From assembly GCA_965205675.1 (NCBI GenBank), contig OZ242186.1:256001-320000 (forward strand): a DNA stretch of 64,000 bases, written 5' to 3'. Source of the stretch: Nitrosopumilus sp. GTDB taxonomy: Archaea; Thermoproteota; Nitrososphaeria; Nitrososphaerales; Nitrosopumilaceae. The notes under the pieces were generated by a model. The model did not search any database, was not told where the DNA came from, and saw nothing but the letters and a program-made list of their open reading frames with translations. Shown in pieces: positions 61,455 through 64,000 of this stretch. Position 1 is the stretch's first letter. Each line of letters begins with the position of its first letter. Position numbers and translations under genes: made by a program.

Positions 61455-62648
61455 CTACGCATGGGGGACTACAGTAATTGGACTAATTTTATCCATCTGC
61501 TCTATGACTGTCTCTCCAATGATTTTACCTATTCTGGTGCCTTCCTCATTATCCTGTCTATAATGCACTCCAACATCTAATCTGGATTTTGAAATCTCCT
61601 CTGCCAAATTTGTCAGATATTCCTCATAGTCTGGATACATATCAGACAAAACTACAGATGCTGTAGCTGCAATACCTGCATGTCCTGATGGATATGCGGG
61701 AAAGTTTGGAGATTGAATCACTTGATCAATATCAGAAATTCGTTTTTCAGGCCTTTCAGTCCAGTACGTATACTTGCTATTCCAGATGGCCACTGCAGAG
61801 TCATACATTGCAGCATTGGTGTAGGCATAAGTAAATGCAGTTTGATGCACATCAGAATTCTCAGCAATCACTATTGGTGCAATGATCTCATTTAGGATAA
61901 ACCCTACATCCTCTCCATAGTATCTGCCCTTATCTGCATCTGTGGCAGTTCTAGAATTTGACACATCATAAACTTCTTGGACTTGGGCCAAATCTTCAGA
62001 TGAATTACATTCGTGTGGAGATCTGGCCAAATAATCATCTACATTAGTAATAAAAAATGTCTGCCATTCGCCAGCATGTGGCGTAGCAGGATTTATGCCA
62101 GTCCATTTGCATGGGCCTACAGGAATTGAACCAGTATATGACAAGTCCAGATCATCGTTTTGTACTACTTTGAGGAACTGCGTTGCAGATTCTTTGCCAA
62201 TCATAGCTCCTTTCATTATTTCTGTGCTATCATGTCTTGAAATTTTTGAAATTTGTTTGTCATAAAAGAGAGCAATTCGATTTTCATGTTGTGGAAATAA
62301 CACAGTCAAAACTTTAGATGCAGCACCTGAAACTATTGCATCATTAGAGATATTGTTGTTATTCTTTGCATCCAACAATGCGTTGTAAATTGCAATATGT
62401 GTTATCGTATAAACATACTTTGTTTTTGTAGGAGAATATGTGTGGCCAAAAAATAACAACATGTCGTTTTCAATTATTAACTTGGTGAATTTATTCCAAT
62501 TTACAACTGAATTGTTATCGTCAGCAATGTGTGGAAAATAAGCAAAAGCATCATAATTGCTCAAAATGGATGTTCCCAGAATTGCCACAAACAAAATGCC
62601 AAGTATTTTCTTGTTTGCATTGGATGATATAATGAAGTTGTGGGACAT
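61455..62648 (-). CDS. Secreted vanadium-dependent haloperoxidase / PAP2-superfamily enzyme
   Basis: Signal peptide; KYTYWTERP, PAYPSGH, SRLDVGVHYRQD. Confidence 0.85.
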   Translation of the reverse strand: MSHNFIISSNANKKILGILFVAILGTSILSNYDAFAYFPHIADDNNSVVNWNKFTKLIIENDMLLFFGHTYSPTKTKYVYTITHIAIYNALLDAKNNNNISNDAIVSGAASKVLTVLFPQHENRIALFYDKQISKISRHDSTEIMKGAMIGKESATQFLKVVQNDDLDLSYTGSIPVGPCKWTGINPATPHAGEWQTFFITNVDDYLARSPHECNSSEDLAQVQEVYDVSNSRTATDADKGRYYGEDVGFILNEIIAPIVIAENSDVHQTAFTYAYTNAAMYDSAVAIWNSKYTYWTERPEKRISDIDQVIQSPNFPAYPSGHAGIAATASVVLSDMYPDYEEYLTNLAEEISKSRLDVGVHYRQDNEEGTRIGKIIGETVIEQMDKISPITVVPHA

Positions 62649-62666
62649 GATGTGATTTTTATTTAA

Positions 62667-63179
62667 TTATTTCAAGAATTCATATATTTCATAAATTGCA
62701 AACTCTGCTGGTATTTGTTCATGCTGTGCATAAAATACAATGTCTGTGATATCTTTGATTGTTTTTTGCTCCAAATTAGACTTATCTAAAGTAGACAAAT
62801 AACTATCTAATTGTATAACTATATCCATTATGTGGCCTGAAGAATAATTAGTTTGATCAAGAATTATTTGGATTTCTGATTTTATTGTTTCATCCAAAGA
62901 AACATACTCATTCATCATCATAGCCTTATCCATCATTTCCTTGTCTTGTTTTACCATCATTTCCTTGTCTTGCTCCATTTTCAAATGTTCTAATTTTTTA
63001 GATTGTGGTGGCTCTATCTCAGAACATAACTTGTCGCCACAAATACCACTTGATGAGCCATATGACTTGGATGGGTTACCTTTACTTTTTAAGGCATCAA
63101 CATCATCGATAAACCCCATTCCGATTATGCTGATAAATAGCAATACGCCAAATCCCAAAATCGTCAGTTTCGAGTTCAA
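62667..63179 (-). CDS. Secreted hypothetical protein with ICGDKLC motif and Met-rich linker
   Basis: Signal peptide; GICGDKLCSE; QDKEMM repeated twice. Confidence 0.7.
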   Translation of the reverse strand: MNSKLTILGFGVLLFISIIGMGFIDDVDALKSKGNPSKSYGSSSGICGDKLCSEIEPPQSKKLEHLKMEQDKEMMVKQDKEMMDKAMMMNEYVSLDETIKSEIQIILDQTNYSSGHIMDIVIQLDSYLSTLDKSNLEQKTIKDITDIVFYAQHEQIPAEFAIYEIYEFLK

Positions 63180-63344
63180 TATTTTTCAATCCACATAGTT
63201 TGATTTAAAAGATCTTATCAAAACATTATCAATGTAATTCTAATCACATCCTAGTTAAAGAATAAAATAAAGCGATAAATCCCAAGCAAAAATCCCGTAT
63301 AACTTAGCATAAAGTTTTATAGTACTAAATTGTTAGATTGGTAA

Positions 63345-64000
63345 TTGATTATTAAAAACAATATCATAAAGATTACAAGTTTATCGTTGGCAATAACCAT
63401 GCTGGCAGTTTTTAGCAGTCCTGTTGCATTTTCAGAATCTAACACTGGTGCAGATGATGATGTAGCTCCTGCACCACCATCAATTGGCGCAGATATCCCA
63501 TTAACATATTTTGGACCTGCCCCCTCTGATGTGCAAAAAGAGCTCATTGGACCGTATCAATTGTTAAAGTCCGGCGTCATTGATCTTGATGAAGGATCCA
63601 TTACATTACCACTATATCAGGGACAAACAAAGATTGGACCCAGTTTACAAGAAACAGTTTGGTATGTGTTAACCGATACAACAGACAAAGGCAACGCAGA
63701 AGCACTTGGAATTAATCATTCACCAAAACTAACTTACTCTGAAATTTCAAATGCTGTAAGATATGCAAAGATAGAATCAGACGCTACTCTTACTTTCACC
63801 AGAGGTCTAGTTGATTTTAGTCCAGAAAGAGGCCTAACTCCAGGTGAGTTGCCAAATGCATTTCCCCCAAGAGAATTTCAGCCCGGATCTGTTGGTGATG
63901 AACATTATTCTCCACTTGTGTTGATAACCAATGCCGGCAGACATGTGTATAATGCGCCAATGATGGCAGTGGGTTTAGCGAGTGACATCTCAGCATGTGA
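63345..64000 (+). CDS. Secreted protein of unknown function, runs off the window end
   Basis: Open frame from TTG to the end: signal peptide, APAPPSIGADIPLTYFGPAP, WYVLTD, PGSVGD..YSP; absent from the ORF track because it has no stop. Confidence 0.75.
   Translation, partial: MIIKNNIIKITSLSLAITMLAVFSSPVAFSESNTGADDDVAPAPPSIGADIPLTYFGPAPSDVQKELIGPYQLLKSGVIDLDEGSITLPLYQGQTKIGPSLQETVWYVLTDTTDKGNAEALGINHSPKLTYSEISNAVRYAKIESDATLTFTRGLVDFSPERGLTPGELPNAFPPREFQPGSVGDEHYSPLVLITNAGRHVYNAPMMAVGLASDISAC

Overview
AT-rich archaeal DNA from an ammonia-oxidising thaumarchaeon (Nitrosopumilus/Nitrosopumilaceae-like). The identification rests on the amoB-amoC-amoX-amoA cluster, likely amoY/amoZ, TBP, KEOPS genes and an intron-containing tRNA. 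Most of the window is core housekeeping: tRNA modification, translation, aminoacyl-tRNA synthetases, four tRNAs, one probable C/D-box and one probable H/ACA guide RNA. Five things stand out. (1) Three tandem, very acidic thrombospondin type-3-repeat secreted proteins with base-identical blocks shared within and between genes. (2) A transposase-less element with 26-bp inverted termini between the putative amoZ and amoY; it carries a RHH micro-gene, an IS481 and a tRNA-Leu-like RNA whose anticodon loop reads Glu (TTC). (3) A ~9.6-kb accessory island next to tRNA-Thr whose att-like duplicate is inverted; it holds a doubly disrupted antitoxin/PIN pair and heavily nested IS elements (IS66 x2, IS630 x2, ISL2-group IS5, an IS4/5-type host, an ISH3-like MITE). 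(4) A ~235-bp stack of four different IS ends at the window start. (5) Unannotated micro-proteins, one sharing a 3' motif with amoY/amoZ. All calls are by eye from sequence and motif memory; no database searches were run.
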